Below the pieces are notes generated by a model. That model had not been told where the DNA came from, ran no database searches, and was given only the letters and a program-made list of their open reading frames with translations. 64,000 bases of DNA, from positions 40,920,001-40,984,000 of the forward strand of contig OX597824.1 of the NCBI GenBank assembly GCA_951406725.2. The letters are read 5' to 3'. Within the stretch, counting starts at the first letter, position 1. Each line of letters starts with the position of its first letter. The position numbers were made by a program, and so were the translations under genes. The stretch is from Octopus vulgaris (taxonomy: Eukaryota). This document shows positions 63,254 to 64,000 of this stretch, piece after piece.

Positions 63254-63622
63254 ATTAGCTGTGTTGAAATGCTGTTTTTATCCATTTTCAAATGTAAAAG
63301 ATGAAGAGAATGTCTTCCTCTATCTGCTCCCACATAGTGTAGTTCTTATTTCCAACTTGTCAGTGAAAGCCACTTGCAAATCAAATCTCTTGATTAAATA
63401 GACTGTTCACTTCATCAAATAGACTATTAATGATAGGATATGAACTTCCAATGTTTTTATTGGCTTTCTACTACCTTATTGATTTGGTCATCTTTTTCTT
63501 CTTAAGAACATACAGGGTTTGTGTTTGGCACTCTCAGAGTTAGTAACCATGTCAAGGTGTTCATTTTTACTAGAGGACCAAGAAGAGAACAACATTCTTA
63601 CCAAAATGATCTTGTTGTTTAA

Positions 63623-63641
<19 letters not shown>

Positions 63642-63654
<13 letters not shown>

Positions 63655-63975
63655 TCACTGCCTGGTATTGAACTCGGAATCTTGGGGTTAGTAGCCTGCG
63701 CTCAACCACTATACCACGGCCATATGGCATAGTGGTTAAGAGCGCTTGCTACTAACTCCAAGATTCCAAGTTCAATACTAGGCAGTGACCTGAATAATAA
63801 TGTTATTATTATTAATAATAATAACAACAACAATGGCAACATTGAAAAATACCTTAGGAATGAGAACCCAGGTTCAAAATTTCCCCAAGATACCTGATGA
63901 AGGCTGGAGGGTATATCAGCCGAAATGTTATGTTAACAAACAAGATGAGGACAAATATTCGTCAAATGTAAATAC
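63642..63975 (+). mobile_element. tRNA-headed, hammerhead-containing element with 5' inverted copy
   Basis: Arms 63642-63716 / 63725-63801; A-box TGGCATAGTGG, B-box-like AGTTCAATAC; hammerhead downstream. Confidence 0.75.
63889..63934 (+). ncRNA. Minimal type I hammerhead ribozyme motif
   Basis: CUGAUGA(63894-63900)-A-GGCUG-gaggguauau-CAGCC-GAAA-UGUU; stem I imperfect. Confidence 0.7.
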
Positions 63976-64000
63976 TGTAGTTCAGCCATATTTTGTGATT

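Noticed and set aside
63498-63543. U12 branch-like TTCTTAAG followed by CATACAG as acceptor for the minor intron
   Set aside because: Poor branch match and the following frame (VCVWHSQS*) lacks the expected conserved continuation.
63725-63792. Functional tRNA gene
   Set aside because: No proper acceptor stem, decayed B box, embedded in a repeat; all tRNA-like sequences in the window look like SINE heads.

Overview
Eukaryotic, AT-rich, repeat-dense genomic DNA, most likely an octopus/coleoid cephalopod (inferred from the SINE families, not proven). The whole window is the interior of one + strand gene, Ral GTPase-activating protein alpha subunit (RALGAPA1/2-like). I traced 29 GT-AG exons (about 3.84 kb CDS, reading phase consistent at every junction) from the low-complexity linker to the Rap/Ran-GAP domain with its GND asparagine thumb; both ends of the gene lie outside the window. 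The introns hold tRNA-derived SINEs (some in arrays), RTE-LINE fragments, piggyBac, mariner, maT and hAT remnants, and mini/microsatellites. Main points: (1) five sequence-unrelated foldback (inverted-repeat) insertions of Penelope-like geometry, four carrying minimal hammerhead-ribozyme motifs; one has an apparently intact fold with a swapped G3:C8 core (GUGAACA) and one has a tRNA-like head; (2) an 18-nt frame-preserving microexon; (3) a U12-type 5' splice site after the last visible exon; (4) six consecutive phase 1-1 exons. Most ORFs in the supplied track are microsatellite or intron artefacts. All coordinates were read by eye; repeat boundaries are approximate.
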